64,000 bases of DNA from Escherichia phage JM10. The stretch's first letter is position 1. Each line of letters opens with the position of its first letter. The stretch lies in sequence record PP400777; one strand, 5' to 3'. Positions 22,224 to 31,991 of the stretch are shown piece after piece. Under the pieces are notes generated by a model. It ran no database searches. It was given only the letters and a program-made list of their open reading frames with translations, and was not told where the DNA came from. A program made the position numbers and the translations under genes.

Positions 22224-22491
22224 CGTATAATTTCCTTAATTGATATTGAAACGAGCTAATAATTTCTTCGTTCATTTTAATATACATGTCGCGCAAGAAA
22301 GGTTTTAACCCATCACGAATAATTGCTAACGTATCACCTTTACATAAATTAACCAAATAAGGATGGTCTAAAGCATCCCAACCAGGCTGATTAGCATACA
22401 TACCATAGTTTTCTTCCATCATATGATTAAGACGTTTGATATCTTGGATACGTGATTCAATAGCATCTTTCTGGAGTTGTTTAATATTCAT
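22210..22491 (-). CDS. Hypothetical protein (93 aa)
   Basis: ORF in the compact early gene cluster. Confidence 0.45.
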   Translation of the reverse strand: MNIKQLQKDAIESRIQDIKRLNHMMEENYGMYANQPGWDALDHPYLVNLCKGDTLAIIRDGLKPFLRDMYIKMNEEIISSFQYQLRKLYDENN

Positions 22492-22952
22492 TAGTAAAGG
22501 TCCTCAGAGTAAAGTTCTTTTTCATTACCACCACGTTCAATACGTACTTGGCCAGCGTAAGTTGCAATAATCATTGCTTCTTCACGTGTCCAATAATTAC
22601 TATATTGGTCAATAAACCCTTGGTCATCATCACAAACTTGTTGAGTAACTAATTGAGGTTTAACTACATCTAAAACTTCTGCCATATCTTTAGAATAATG
22701 ACGAACTCCAGGAATAATAAGAGTTCGTCCATCTTTTAATTTAAAACGGTTGGCTGCACAGACAATTCGTCGTTGATACTTTTGGTTTTCATCCCAATAC
22801 AAAGTCTGCCAACAGATTTCAGGAACTTCATCTAAAACATTTTGTTCTGTATATTCACCGCCGTAAGAAGCTAATTTAGCAGCCAGACTTTCCGGAGTCT
22901 CACGCGACAAAGCTTTATCTAACAGAGCTAAACGTTCTTTAAAAGTTTTCAT
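22491..22952 (-). CDS. Hypothetical protein (153 aa)
   Basis: ORF in the compact early gene cluster. Confidence 0.5.
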   Translation of the reverse strand: MKTFKERLALLDKALSRETPESLAAKLASYGGEYTEQNVLDEVPEICWQTLYWDENQKYQRRIVCAANRFKLKDGRTLIIPGVRHYSKDMAEVLDVVKPQLVTQQVCDDDQGFIDQYSNYWTREEAMIIATYAGQVRIERGGNEKELYSEDLY

Positions 22953-23278
22953 TTAAACCATCCTTTAATACGTTGCCAAATAGATTTTTGTGCTTGTTTA
23001 TTTACACCAATCGAACGAATAACCGGTTGTGACTGCTGATATTCTTTATAATCTTCTTTATAGATTTCGTAAGCGGCATCAACAAATGAACTGATCGCTG
23101 CCATGTAGTTTTTACGAAGGCCAAATGGCGCGTCATTATTTTCACGAATAACCGTATATTGGCCTGCTTTAATCTTTACAATTGTCCCTAAATAAGCCCC
23201 GTGGTACCAAATATCCCATCCTTCCTGAGTAGGTTCTGCACATTTACGAAGTTCGTTAATAATATTCAGCTTATTCAT
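22949..23278 (-). CDS. Hypothetical protein (109 aa)
   Basis: ORF with ATGA-type overlap to the downstream gene. Confidence 0.5.
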   Translation of the reverse strand: MNKLNIINELRKCAEPTQEGWDIWYHGAYLGTIVKIKAGQYTVIRENNDAPFGLRKNYMAAISSFVDAAYEIYKEDYKEYQQSQPVIRSIGVNKQAQKSIWQRIKGWFK

Positions 23279-23288
23279 TATGTATTCC

Positions 23289-23921
23289 TCACAGTACGTT
23301 AGTTACAAGGGTAATGATTTCTTTGGACACATTAGGGAAGTCAATGTAAGTATATTTACCACCGATCTTAATCTTAACATCGTTTTCAAGAGAAGTAAAC
23401 AGCTTTGATTCAGTTTCTGACATGTTGTATGCAAAGATTCTAAGAGAACCATCTCGACGAATTTCGATCTGACGAATACCTAGAACTCGTTTTGCAAATC
23501 GAACTTCCAAGTTACTACGGTTTTCACCAATTTCTTTAACTTCAACTTTATCTTTAATATTTTCAAAAACAAAGTTTGCTAATTCATGCATTTCAGGAGT
23601 AACTCCACGTGCTTTTCTAGTGTTACGTTTCTGAAGAAGTTCCGGAGCATTTTCTTGGGCAAAGAGGTCTGCAGCTTTTTGGATAATATCCATTGCTTCG
23701 CCTGTTGCTACAAGTCCATCACCGGATTTTTCGACTAAACCTTTCTTAATCAATACACCAATGTTAGAGTTAACAACCGATGCATTGTATTCCGCTTCCA
23801 GAGCTTCACGGACATTGGCAGCAGTGGTGAAGTTGTTCTTAATGATATAAACCATTATTGCAGCAGTTTTTTCATTCAGAGCGTTTTCAGAAGCTTTGAT
23901 GATGTAAGTAACTTTAGACAT
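23289..23921 (-). CDS. motA: Middle transcription activator MotA
   Basis: MSKVTYIIKAS... NSNIGVLIKKGLVEKSGDGL... ; 210 aa; position upstream of asiA cluster and downstream of 52. Confidence 0.85.
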   Translation of the reverse strand: MSKVTYIIKASENALNEKTAAIMVYIIKNNFTTAANVREALEAEYNASVVNSNIGVLIKKGLVEKSGDGLVATGEAMDIIQKAADLFAQENAPELLQKRNTRKARGVTPEMHELANFVFENIKDKVEVKEIGENRSNLEVRFAKRVLGIRQIEIRRDGSLRIFAYNMSETESKLFTSLENDVKIKIGGKYTYIDFPNVSKEIITLVTNVL

Positions 23922-23989
23922 TTCATTTCTCCAATTTAGTTGTTTTGTTTTGATAGGTCTATAATATCATGTTTGAAGCACATGTAAAC
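23922..23989 (-). promoter_or_regulatory. Early promoter upstream of motA
   Basis: Minus strand GTTTAC - 17 nt - TATTAT, then GGAG Shine-Dalgarno before the ATG. Confidence 0.6.
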
Positions 23990-24002
23990 TGTTTTGTGAG
24001 AA

Positions 24003-24029
24003 AAATGCACAAAAGGGAGCTTCGGCTCC
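24003..24029 (-). terminator. Terminator-like hairpin after gene 52
   Basis: GGGAGC-CGAA-GCUCCC hairpin followed by UUUUGUGCAUUUUU on the minus-strand transcript. Confidence 0.6.
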
Positions 24030-24106
24030 CTAATCATGTTTGTCCAACCAATACAGCCAAATCACTAGTGCAGCTATTGCACCGAGAAATCCTAAGGCTA
24101 GGGCAC

Positions 24107-25432
24107 TCAAAGTGCCTCCAAGTCTTTAGTGTACTCTGTCACAACATCAGTAGACTTCCAATACTCATTTTCTTCTTTCTTAGCTTTAGCTTCTTCTGCT
24201 AGTTTACGTGCTTCATCGGAAGTGATATGGAAGATGTTAAGACCTACCAGTTTATCGACATGTTCTTTATACATTTCGATTTGTGCTAGCTCTTCAGTCA
24301 AAGCTTTACGGGTCTTGCCTTGAATCACAATTTCACCGTTGATAACTTTTTTGATGAAGTGTGCCTTAGCAAAAGCCAGTTTAAATGCTTTTTCAGATTC
24401 AAGGATTTTATTGTCAATACGTTTCTGAACGTAAGTCTTACGGACTTCAACAAAATCTTTGATTAAGTCCACTACGTTATCGTAGACCGCTAATTTACCC
24501 TTTTCATTAATCACTGCGATGTTTTGTGAACGACGTTCGATGAGACTAAAATCTTTCATGATTTTTTCATGACGTAGCTCTTCATCATCAGGAAGCGAGT
24601 ACTCTTTACGGAACTTCACCTTAAACCCAAAGCCGTGTTCACCACAATCATCTTCCCATGAGATTAGACCTTTGTCTTCCAACGGGTCGAGAACCTTACT
24701 CACATACGTTTCACGGTCGAATTTATATGGGATTTCAGTTATCTGCATTTGAGTGCGAGATGTGAACTTATACGTTCCGTGAATCTCATAACGCCCATCA
24801 ACTTCATGTACTTCACCACGGAATTCCGGGAATTCAACTTTTGGCTTAGTGACATTTTTACCTTGAAGAGCTTGTAATACAGCCTTTTTGACTGATTTAA
24901 AACTATGAGGCAGAATATTTGTTGCGTAACCGGTTGCAATACCAGAGACGCCATTCAAAAGAACTGTCGGAATAATAGGAAGATAGAATTTTGGTGGAAT
25001 GTGTTCTTTATCTTCATGAGCTGGAGCATATTCAGTATCTTTATATACGTTATAGAAATTTTTACTTACACGAGCAAAAATATAACGAGATGCTGCAGCT
25101 TTTTGAACTGTTCGAGAACCAAAGTTGCCTTGGCCATCTAACAGTGGATAGTTGTTGTTCCATGTGTTAGCCATCAATGCACCTGCATCTTGTGCAGAAG
25201 ATTCTCCATGATGATAACCTAAATCTGCAACACCGCCTGCAATTGACGCAAGTTTATGAAATTTTTCTTTATTACCACGAGCCAAATCTAACGCACGATG
25301 AACCACAAAACGTTGAACCGGCTTAAATCCATCAATCATGTTTGGGATTGCACGGTTTTCAACGGTGTACATAGCATATGCTAAGGCTTCGTTATCAATA
25401 ATACTTTTTAGATTACGAGAATTCAATTGCAT
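24107..25432 (-). CDS. 52: DNA topoisomerase II medium subunit gp52 (GyrA-like)
   Basis: 441-aa ORF; T4 gp52 size and position. Confidence 0.88.
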   Translation of the reverse strand: MQLNSRNLKSIIDNEALAYAMYTVENRAIPNMIDGFKPVQRFVVHRALDLARGNKEKFHKLASIAGGVADLGYHHGESSAQDAGALMANTWNNNYPLLDGQGNFGSRTVQKAAASRYIFARVSKNFYNVYKDTEYAPAHEDKEHIPPKFYLPIIPTVLLNGVSGIATGYATNILPHSFKSVKKAVLQALQGKNVTKPKVEFPEFRGEVHEVDGRYEIHGTYKFTSRTQMQITEIPYKFDRETYVSKVLDPLEDKGLISWEDDCGEHGFGFKVKFRKEYSLPDDEELRHEKIMKDFSLIERRSQNIAVINEKGKLAVYDNVVDLIKDFVEVRKTYVQKRIDNKILESEKAFKLAFAKAHFIKKVINGEIVIQGKTRKALTEELAQIEMYKEHVDKLVGLNIFHITSDEARKLAEEAKAKKEENEYWKSTDVVTEYTKDLEAL

Positions 25433-25436
25433 ATTT

Positions 25437-25577
25437 TCACCATATTAATGAACGAATAACCATTATAACATCTGAAATGAAAAGCACTACTTGGATTAGT
25501 CCAAACATCACACCGTAGTACAGAACCGTAAGCAACGACAAGAGCCCGAAGGCTCCTGCTAAGATTTTCTTAATCAT
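25437..25577 (-). CDS. Small hydrophobic protein (46 aa), not in ORF track
   Basis: MIKKILAGAFGLLSLLTVLYYGVMFGLIQVVLFISDVIMVIRSLIW; between ndd and 52 where T4 carries small genes such as ac and stp; start overlaps the stop of the next small ORF (TAATG). Confidence 0.45.
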   Translation of the reverse strand: MIKKILAGAFGLLSLLTVLYYGVMFGLIQVVLFISDVIMVIRSLIW

Positions 25578-25723
25578 TACTCGCCTTTTAACACATTAAG
25601 AAGAGCTAAGACCGCTAAGGTACCTTGTGATACCGCCTGTTGAAATACTGTTGTTTCGCCTGTAACTAAAGTGCTAACGAATAAAAACGACCAACACAGC
25701 AATGCAATAATCCATGCTACCAT
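25577..25723 (-). CDS. Small hydrophobic protein (48 aa), not in ORF track
   Basis: MVAWIIALLCWSFLFVSTLVTGETTVFQQAVSQGTLAVLALLNVLKGE; translationally coupled to the downstream small ORF. Confidence 0.45.
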   Translation of the reverse strand: MVAWIIALLCWSFLFVSTLVTGETTVFQQAVSQGTLAVLALLNVLKGE

Positions 25724-25775
25724 TTTAATTACCTCAAAAATAAATTAAAGGCCCAACTTAATAGGCCCGTATAAA

Positions 25776-26222
25776 TTAGTAACTCTGAAGAATGAATTTG
25801 AAGTTATCAGCCAGAAGACGGTTCATTTCAGTGAGTGTTTGATATTCTGATGTATGATTGCGAGTGAATGCCAGAGCCAATTGTCCTTTACCATAACCAG
25901 TGGTCAGTGGTTTCATGTTCTTAGCTGCAACAAAGATTACATCATATTCAATATTGTTAGTGCCCATAGTACGGGCTAGTTGCGAACGGCCTTGACGAAT
26001 GTGAGAAAGAATTGCATCCAACCCTTGTTTAGAACGTTGACGTCCTACAAAGAATCGTGCTGCTACTTGTCGCCAGTCAGATGAACCTTTAACAAAGAAG
26101 TAAAAACCTTCACGAGAACGAAACTCTTTAGAAACTTCAGAACCGTATTCGCCATTACGAACTACTGCAACAACTTCACCGCCAACTGCCAGAAGGTCTT
26201 TACGAGTTAAATATTTGGACAT
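25776..26222 (-). CDS. ndd: Nucleoid disruption protein Ndd
   Basis: ...[92 protein letters not shown]; 148 aa. Confidence 0.85.
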   Translation of the reverse strand: MSKYLTRKDLLAVGGEVVAVVRNGEYGSEVSKEFRSREGFYFFVKGSSDWRQVAARFFVGRQRSKQGLDAILSHIRQGRSQLARTMGTNNIEYDVIFVAAKNMKPLTTGYGKGQLALAFTRNHTSEYQTLTEMNRLLADNFKFILQSY

Positions 26223-26298
26223 GCTAATTTCCTCAATTGATTAATGTTTTTGTAATCCATGAGAGCATTATACTCTGCTCTCAAGAGTTTGTACAATT

Positions 26299-26520
26299 TT
26301 ATTCGGCCATATCAGAACGTTCAAAAAGCTCTTCAACAGTTAAACATTCAGTGTCATCTTCAATAAAGAATCGAGTCCAACACGTTGGGGCGATACAGTT
26401 ATGAGTTTGTCCGGCGATAGAAGCTACACGAATAAGCTGCTGACCATTATTCAGAACAAATTTTTCACCAATTTCAACATCTTTAAAAAGCTTAGCCATT
26501 TTGTATTCCTCATGTTTCAA
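26299..26520 (-). CDS. Hypothetical small protein (73 aa)
   Basis: ORF between ndd and the rIIB-proximal genes. Confidence 0.45.
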   Translation of the reverse strand: MKHEEYKMAKLFKDVEIGEKFVLNNGQQLIRVASIAGQTHNCIAPTCWTRFFIEDDTECLTVEELFERSDMAE

Positions 26521-26569
26521 TAGGACTACTATATCATAGTCCTACTTAGTTGTAAACACTTTTATGAAA

Positions 26570-27046
26570 TTAAAGATGAAGATACCACCCGTTGTAGTTG
26601 CTCTTGCGGATGATTTTCTTTAGGTCTTCATGGTCTCCCACGAACTTTATAGAATAAGAGAAGACGTCAGGTGAGGTTTCTTTGACATTCAATATAATAA
26701 TACAGTCAGCGACTCGATGATTAAGGAAGGGCCCTATGTTGATTCCGTTGCCACCCGGATAATCACCACTGTATCCTGTGGTAACCGAAATCCATTTAGA
26801 ATCTATCTGGTGTGTCTTGACTTCTACACGAATTCCACAATACTTGGGATGGGCTAACACGTCCCATGCATACGTGTACGGGTCTTCTACGTCTTCAATA
26901 CCTTTGTTAACATATCCGTCTAGCCAATTTGCTACTACATACTCTGCAAAGACCGCAACCTTACAACGTCGAACAACGTCTTCTTTTATTTGACCTGGAT
27001 CTTGTTTCAACGAGTACCGAGCAGTATCAGCAATCTTCACCTTCAT
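26570..27046 (-). CDS. Hypothetical protein (about 158 aa; occupies the position of T4 denB)
   Basis: Listed 206-aa ORF overlaps the upstream gene by 128 nt; trimmed to the internal ATG (MKVKIADT...). Assignment as endonuclease IV is by position only. Confidence 0.4.
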   Translation of the reverse strand: MKVKIADTARYSLKQDPGQIKEDVVRRCKVAVFAEYVVANWLDGYVNKGIEDVEDPYTYAWDVLAHPKYCGIRVEVKTHQIDSKWISVTTGYSGDYPGGNGINIGPFLNHRVADCIIILNVKETSPDVFSYSIKFVGDHEDLKKIIRKSNYNGWYLHL

Positions 27047-27062
27047 TTCACTAGTCAAAAAC

Positions 27063-27350
27063 TCATTCGACAGGATAAATGTCGGAAGACTCTTCAGCCT
27101 CAACAGCCCCAAGTTCGTCTTTATCATAGATACCTCTGATGTGTAGTTCGCCAAAATAAATGCGGTCACCTTCTTCAAGATATTCTGCATCTACCGGCGG
27201 GATTTCAATAACAACTTCGTCACATTCTAACCAGCCATAGTGTGCATCGCCAGGATGTTTTACCAATTTAGCACAATAAACTGATTTACACTTATGATGA
27301 CCACGAAGATTAGCAATTTTGGATTCTGATACGTCAAATGGATGAATCAT
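27063..27350 (-). CDS. Hypothetical protein (95 aa)
   Basis: ORF immediately downstream of the rIIB terminator; contains HxC...C...C pattern. Confidence 0.45.
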   Translation of the reverse strand: MIHPFDVSESKIANLRGHHKCKSVYCAKLVKHPGDAHYGWLECDEVVIEIPPVDAEYLEEGDRIYFGELHIRGIYDKDELGAVEAEESSDIYPVE

Positions 27351-27360
27351 AATTACCCCT

Positions 27361-27386
27361 AAAGAAAAAAGGGGACCGAAGTCCCC
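27361..27386 (-). terminator. Rho-independent terminator after rIIB
   Basis: GGGGAC-UUCG-GUCCCC hairpin followed by UUUUUUCUUU on the minus-strand transcript. Confidence 0.75.
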
Positions 27387-27391
27387 AATTA

Positions 27392-28318
27392 TTATTCTGC
27401 AAATAATTCAGTAACGTCTGAAATTACTTCGTAACGACAAGTACGCATCTTAGCATCGCCATAGTCAACTGGGATAGATACAACATCACGTGGATGAACT
27501 TTAACCTTAACAACTTTATCTGAGCTAGAACCAAAGTGGCGAATATAAGATTTAGCACAAACGTGGAGACCGCGAGAACAGGTTTGAGTATCATCGTCGT
27601 TAACTCGAGTACGAGGCATTGAAACAACTTTACCTGGGGAGTTATCAAATGTACCACTATAGCAGTCTAAATAGTCCTTACGAACTACTTTCCACGCATA
27701 GAAATGACCATCTTCAGTGATTTCAATATCATTTGCAACCAAGAAGTCGAATAAACGTTGTACAGCTTTTTCGCTCGGGTTTTCTAACAGGTTTTCAAGG
27801 AATGGCAGATAGAATTTAAAGTCTTCACCTTTTTCCATAGAATCAATAATACGATTAACCAGGCCAGAACGAATCTCTATACCTTGATAAAATAAACTAC
27901 CACCTTCAATAACAACATTACCGTCAACAAACTTACTAATAGCTTTCTTGATGTTAATAAGTTCGACAGCTTTACTAAGGTTTCCTGCGACCAGATTAGC
28001 TTTAATTTCTTCAAAATTTGCATGACTTGATGGAGTCGCATTGTATGCTACGCGTCCTTCAATAATTGAAATAAATTTAGATGACGCGTTCCATACGATT
28101 TCAGGACGATGGCCGCCGATAATAGGTTCATCATTTTCTGGAACTTCTTCAACTTTCGAAGTCTCATCTTCGGCTTTAAAATTCTTAACAATCTTACGAA
28201 GAGTATCTGTTGAAATGTCGAAGTAATCAGCAATTTCCCGACGGGTCCATTGACCTGATTCAACCAGTCTGTAAGCTTCTAACTGTTCTTCTTGGGACAA
28301 GCATTTGATATTGTACAT
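27392..28318 (-). CDS. rIIB: rIIB protein
   Basis: MYNIKCLSQEEQLEAYRLVESGQWTRREIADYF...; 308 aa; directly downstream of rIIA. Confidence 0.9.
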   Translation of the reverse strand: MYNIKCLSQEEQLEAYRLVESGQWTRREIADYFDISTDTLRKIVKNFKAEDETSKVEEVPENDEPIIGGHRPEIVWNASSKFISIIEGRVAYNATPSSHANFEEIKANLVAGNLSKAVELINIKKAISKFVDGNVVIEGGSLFYQGIEIRSGLVNRIIDSMEKGEDFKFYLPFLENLLENPSEKAVQRLFDFLVANDIEITEDGHFYAWKVVRKDYLDCYSGTFDNSPGKVVSMPRTRVNDDDTQTCSRGLHVCAKSYIRHFGSSSDKVVKVKVHPRDVVSIPVDYGDAKMRTCRYEVISDVTELFAE

Positions 28319-28327
28319 AATGTTTCC

Positions 28328-30541
28328 TTATTTGGCCGCTTCCACGGCCTTCATGAATTTAACGATTTGAGCGACCTGTTCTTTGGAAAGAGCACCACGT
28401 CGTCCCATGTATTCTGACACAATATGATAATTGGTTTCGAATTCAATAACCATTTTATCATCATTATCGTAAGCATTATCTTTAAGCTTATCGAAAATTT
28501 TAGCACACAATTCTAACTTCTTATTCAGGTCTGTATTAGTAGCACCTGCGAATCGATTCCATCCCCAGCGATTATTTACTGTGGAGAGTTTTGCAAAATC
28601 TTTACTGATTTCTTTGTTCTTAGAGCTAAAATACTTACTAAGGAAGTTAAGCTCTTCATTACGAGTAATATGATTCAAATAAGGCTGTGCTCTACGACTT
28701 GGTGATACATACTCATCATAATCCACTTTATCAATTAGCGTAATATAGTCATTAATTGATTTTTCGAACAAGCATTCTACTTCACCAAGTTTACGAACTT
28801 TCTTAGCAATCTGTGGACGGACTACAGTGAACTCTTTAATATCTGACAAATCAGCAATACGGGTCAAGAAATTAGAGTCATAGTTCAACCAACCTTTATC
28901 TGCGTCAAGACATTCAGCATTAGAACGATTACGAACTATAGCATAACCTTGGATTTCACCAGCTTCACTCGCTGGAATAAAGAGATCTTCCGATACCCAA
29001 ACATCGTTTTCATTCTTAAAGAACCGATGAGCACTTGGGGATTTAGGACGAGGCTGGGATGAACGTTCTTTAACTTCAATCCACGGTTTAACTAATGCAA
29101 GAATTTCAGATGTCTTATAAAATTTAAGGCTATCACCAGCGAAAATAACCTTTAATCGTTCCAGAAGTTTCATTGCAACTTCATCTTCCGGGTTAATGAA
29201 TAATACGCTACTACCCCATCCGGAAGGAACCTTATCAACGAGTGTTGATGCATCGGTGGAAGTCAAAGCATCGTTCAGAGCACGCATCATTGGTACGCGG
29301 CCTTTCACATCGTCAATAACGATATCAATATGCTTACGACTAATACCTAGCAGGCTATTAATTGAAATAGTTGCAGACGAGCTTCCGCTTTCACGAATAC
29401 GACGAAGTCGTGGGTCTGAAACTATATCATATACAACGCCAAGGTTGCACCATTCAGGTCCCATTTTAAAACGTTTGTACAACTCAGAATAAGTTAGTTG
29501 TTCTTTAGAGTATTTCAGTGATTCGATATTAGAACCGGCTTTTTCCATATATTTACGAGCAGAGTAACCAAGAGAATCGATTTCACGGAATACATGACGT
29601 GGATATTTACAATCAATCCATTTCTTAGAATCTTCAGCGAACAATTTAGCATCGATTTCTGCAACGCGTTTATGGATATTTGCTACTGTACGTTTATCAA
29701 ATGACAATGCTTCACGAGACGGGGCTACATCTAGTTCACCCATAGGGAATTTAATATAAGCTGTAGTGCATCGCGTCATCATCCATGTTTGTTCTTTAAT
29801 AACACTTCCAATTGGATATACAATACCACCATAAACAGCCATGATATTACCACGTTCACCCCATGGAGCTTCCTTGGCTAAATAAACATCATCGAATTCC
29901 GGGAAGTATTTGATATCTTTAACACCACGAACTTCTGCAATATTGCCGAGAGGACGCATAACATAAGCAATTTCGGATGCGAACTTTTCAAAATCTTCTG
30001 GGTTAACAGGCACAACTACTTCTACACCCGTACGGTCATCAGGGCCCATCTTATCTACAAAGGTTGGCTTAATTTGTGGACCCGTGTCATCTTGGTAGAT
30101 TACGTAACCACGAACTTCACCGTTGTGATAAGACGTAAGGTTAAACGTATCGGTATATGCTAGTGGAGCTTTAGAGCCGAGTCCGAATCCACCAATAAAA
30201 TCGTTACTCGATGTTTTAGTTGAAGCAAAATATGAGTTATAAATTCCTGGTTCTTCATCATTACCACGAATAGTGAAATCACTCATACCAGGACCAAAGT
30301 CTCGAACTACAAAACGTGGGTCTAAACGACCTGGAGCCTGAACAATAAACTTATCAGTGCAACCATTAAGAATTTGTCCATCGATACAGTTTGTGATTAA
30401 TTCACGTACACAAGCCAATTCTTTGTTTGTATAAAGGTCATTAGACAAAATCTTATAAACTTTGCTATTGCCTTGAATAGTGAATGCTGTGCTCTTACCG
30501 CCTGAACCAATAATCGTTTCTTTAGCCGTTTCAATAATCAT
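28328..30541 (-). CDS. rIIA: rIIA protein (GHKL/HSP90-like ATPase domain)
   Basis: MIIETAKETIIGSGGKSTAFTIQGNSKVYKILSNDLYTNKELACVRELITNCIDG...; 737 aa. Confidence 0.93.
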   Translation of the reverse strand: MIIETAKETIIGSGGKSTAFTIQGNSKVYKILSNDLYTNKELACVRELITNCIDGQILNGCTDKFIVQAPGRLDPRFVVRDFGPGMSDFTIRGNDEEPGIYNSYFASTKTSSNDFIGGFGLGSKAPLAYTDTFNLTSYHNGEVRGYVIYQDDTGPQIKPTFVDKMGPDDRTGVEVVVPVNPEDFEKFASEIAYVMRPLGNIAEVRGVKDIKYFPEFDDVYLAKEAPWGERGNIMAVYGGIVYPIGSVIKEQTWMMTRCTTAYIKFPMGELDVAPSREALSFDKRTVANIHKRVAEIDAKLFAEDSKKWIDCKYPRHVFREIDSLGYSARKYMEKAGSNIESLKYSKEQLTYSELYKRFKMGPEWCNLGVVYDIVSDPRLRRIRESGSSSATISINSLLGISRKHIDIVIDDVKGRVPMMRALNDALTSTDASTLVDKVPSGWGSSVLFINPEDEVAMKLLERLKVIFAGDSLKFYKTSEILALVKPWIEVKERSSQPRPKSPSAHRFFKNENDVWVSEDLFIPASEAGEIQGYAIVRNRSNAECLDADKGWLNYDSNFLTRIADLSDIKEFTVVRPQIAKKVRKLGEVECLFEKSINDYITLIDKVDYDEYVSPSRRAQPYLNHITRNEELNFLSKYFSSKNKEISKDFAKLSTVNNRWGWNRFAGATNTDLNKKLELCAKIFDKLKDNAYDNDDKMVIEFETNYHIVSEYMGRRGALSKEQVAQIVKFMKAVEAAK

Positions 30542-30553
30542 ATTTTTCTCTCA

Positions 30554-30754
30554 TCACAAGTTACGTTTAAAAATTTCTGCTACTTCAAGAAGTTCTTCTT
30601 TAGTAGCTGTATCGGTTTGTATTTTATATCGAATTTCTTTAAAGCGTTCTTTAAAGGACTCTGCTGACTCGATATCAAAAAATCTTTGGATAAGCCGGAA
30701 TTCCCGGAGCACTGCTTTATCAAAAAGTTCCAAGTCCACGTTATATGTTCTCAT
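30554..30754 (-). CDS. Hypothetical small protein (rIIA.1 position)
   Basis: 66-aa ORF immediately upstream of rIIA. Confidence 0.5.
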   Translation of the reverse strand: MRTYNVDLELFDKAVLREFRLIQRFFDIESAESFKERFKEIRYKIQTDTATKEELLEVAEIFKRNL

Positions 30755-30846
30755 AATATTCTCTTCAGTAGATTCCTAGGGCACTATTACTAAAGACCAT
30801 ATAATCTATCATCTTATGTGTAATAGTGCCTCAGGCGATTCAGGAT

Positions 30847-31947
30847 TTACGCTGTGAAGATTTTATCCCACATCGCAACAACTGCATCTCGGTTATACTT
30901 CTTCCATACTGCTTCAGCACGTTTAACTCGAGCTTCGTATGTGTCAGTGAATTCTAATACAGCTTTTGTGTAAAGCGCAACTACTTCTTTCTTAGGAGTA
31001 GAGGAATCAATTTCTACACGCACAGTATCTGGGTCGTATTCGAATGTCGCATGAGGATAATCCTTAAAAACTAACTGGATTACAGGGACACCTTTAGAGA
31101 TGGCTTCAATAGAACTATTCTCTACCGTACCTGTGTCAGGACACGTATTAATAAGTGCTTTAGCTGTTTTAAGACGTTCCATGATTTCACTGTGTGGAGC
31201 ATCAATAATAACAGGATATTTAGCTGGTGGGGCCCATTTGCTTGGACAATAACCAATACCATTTTCGCCTAGTGCTTTAATTGCTTCGAGAGCAACATCA
31301 GTACGACGCATTTTAGTGTCATAACGTTGTGCACTAATAATCAGATCAGTCGCCGGAAGAACTTCAGGTTTCTCATTCAAACAAATAACCGGATAATCTT
31401 CGGCTTCAAACAACGGATTTGCTCGCCAATAATCATAATCAATTTTGTCAGTCAGACCTGAAGTCATATAACAATATTTGCGTTCAAATTCACGGAAGGC
31501 TTTAGTAGGAGCATAACTCTTACCACCGTTCTTATGAATTTGAATAGTCTGGTCCCAAATTTGAACAATGCCACGAGATACCGGTTCAAATGGTGTTGCC
31601 ATAAAATTCTTATGAACTTTAGAGAGACCTGCGTCTTTAATTGCCTGAACGGTTAGTTTAGTCGGTTCCATAGTAACAACAAAATCGTATTCATGGATGC
31701 CGGCTAGTTCAACAATCTTACGAGCCATAGTATAACTCATACCTAGACTGAATTTTGTCAGATGACCAACAGGATGATGATTAACCTTCCAATCACCAAA
31801 TGTGTCATTATCAAAACCGATATAATCAATATCAGCACCGATGGACACAAGATATTTCAACACATTTAAATGTACTGCTTCAAGACCACCTTGTACACGG
31901 TCAGGATTAAATGGGACTGCGCGAGATGGGATAAACATAACTTTCAT
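30847..31947 (-). CDS. GT-B fold (GT4-like) glycosyltransferase; candidate DNA hmC sugar transferase
   Basis: 366-aa ORF; C-terminal motif TGTVENSSIEAISKGVPVIQ resembles the E-x-F-G...EA-M/I-A/S-x-G-x-PVI nucleotide-sugar binding motif of retaining GT-B enzymes; sits where T4 has gene 60/mobA. Confidence 0.65.
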   Translation of the reverse strand: MKVMFIPSRAVPFNPDRVQGGLEAVHLNVLKYLVSIGADIDYIGFDNDTFGDWKVNHHPVGHLTKFSLGMSYTMARKIVELAGIHEYDFVVTMEPTKLTVQAIKDAGLSKVHKNFMATPFEPVSRGIVQIWDQTIQIHKNGGKSYAPTKAFREFERKYCYMTSGLTDKIDYDYWRANPLFEAEDYPVICLNEKPEVLPATDLIISAQRYDTKMRRTDVALEAIKALGENGIGYCPSKWAPPAKYPVIIDAPHSEIMERLKTAKALINTCPDTGTVENSSIEAISKGVPVIQLVFKDYPHATFEYDPDTVRVEIDSSTPKKEVVALYTKAVLEFTDTYEARVKRAEAVWKKYNRDAVVAMWDKIFTA

Positions 31948-31959
31948 AATTAAGCCTTA

Positions 31960-31991
31960 TTAAAATTAAAATGAAGCTCCCGAAGGAGCTT
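31960..31991 (-). terminator. Terminator-like hairpin at the end of gene 39
   Basis: AAGCUCC-UUCG-GGAGCUU hairpin overlapping the stop codon, followed by CAUUUUAAUUUUAAU. Confidence 0.55.

Noticed and set aside
26570-27046. Calling this ORF endonuclease IV (denB) and ORF 40241..40987 Srd
   Set aside because: The assignments rest only on T4 gene order and approximate size; I cannot recall diagnostic motifs, so they are left as hypothetical with a positional note
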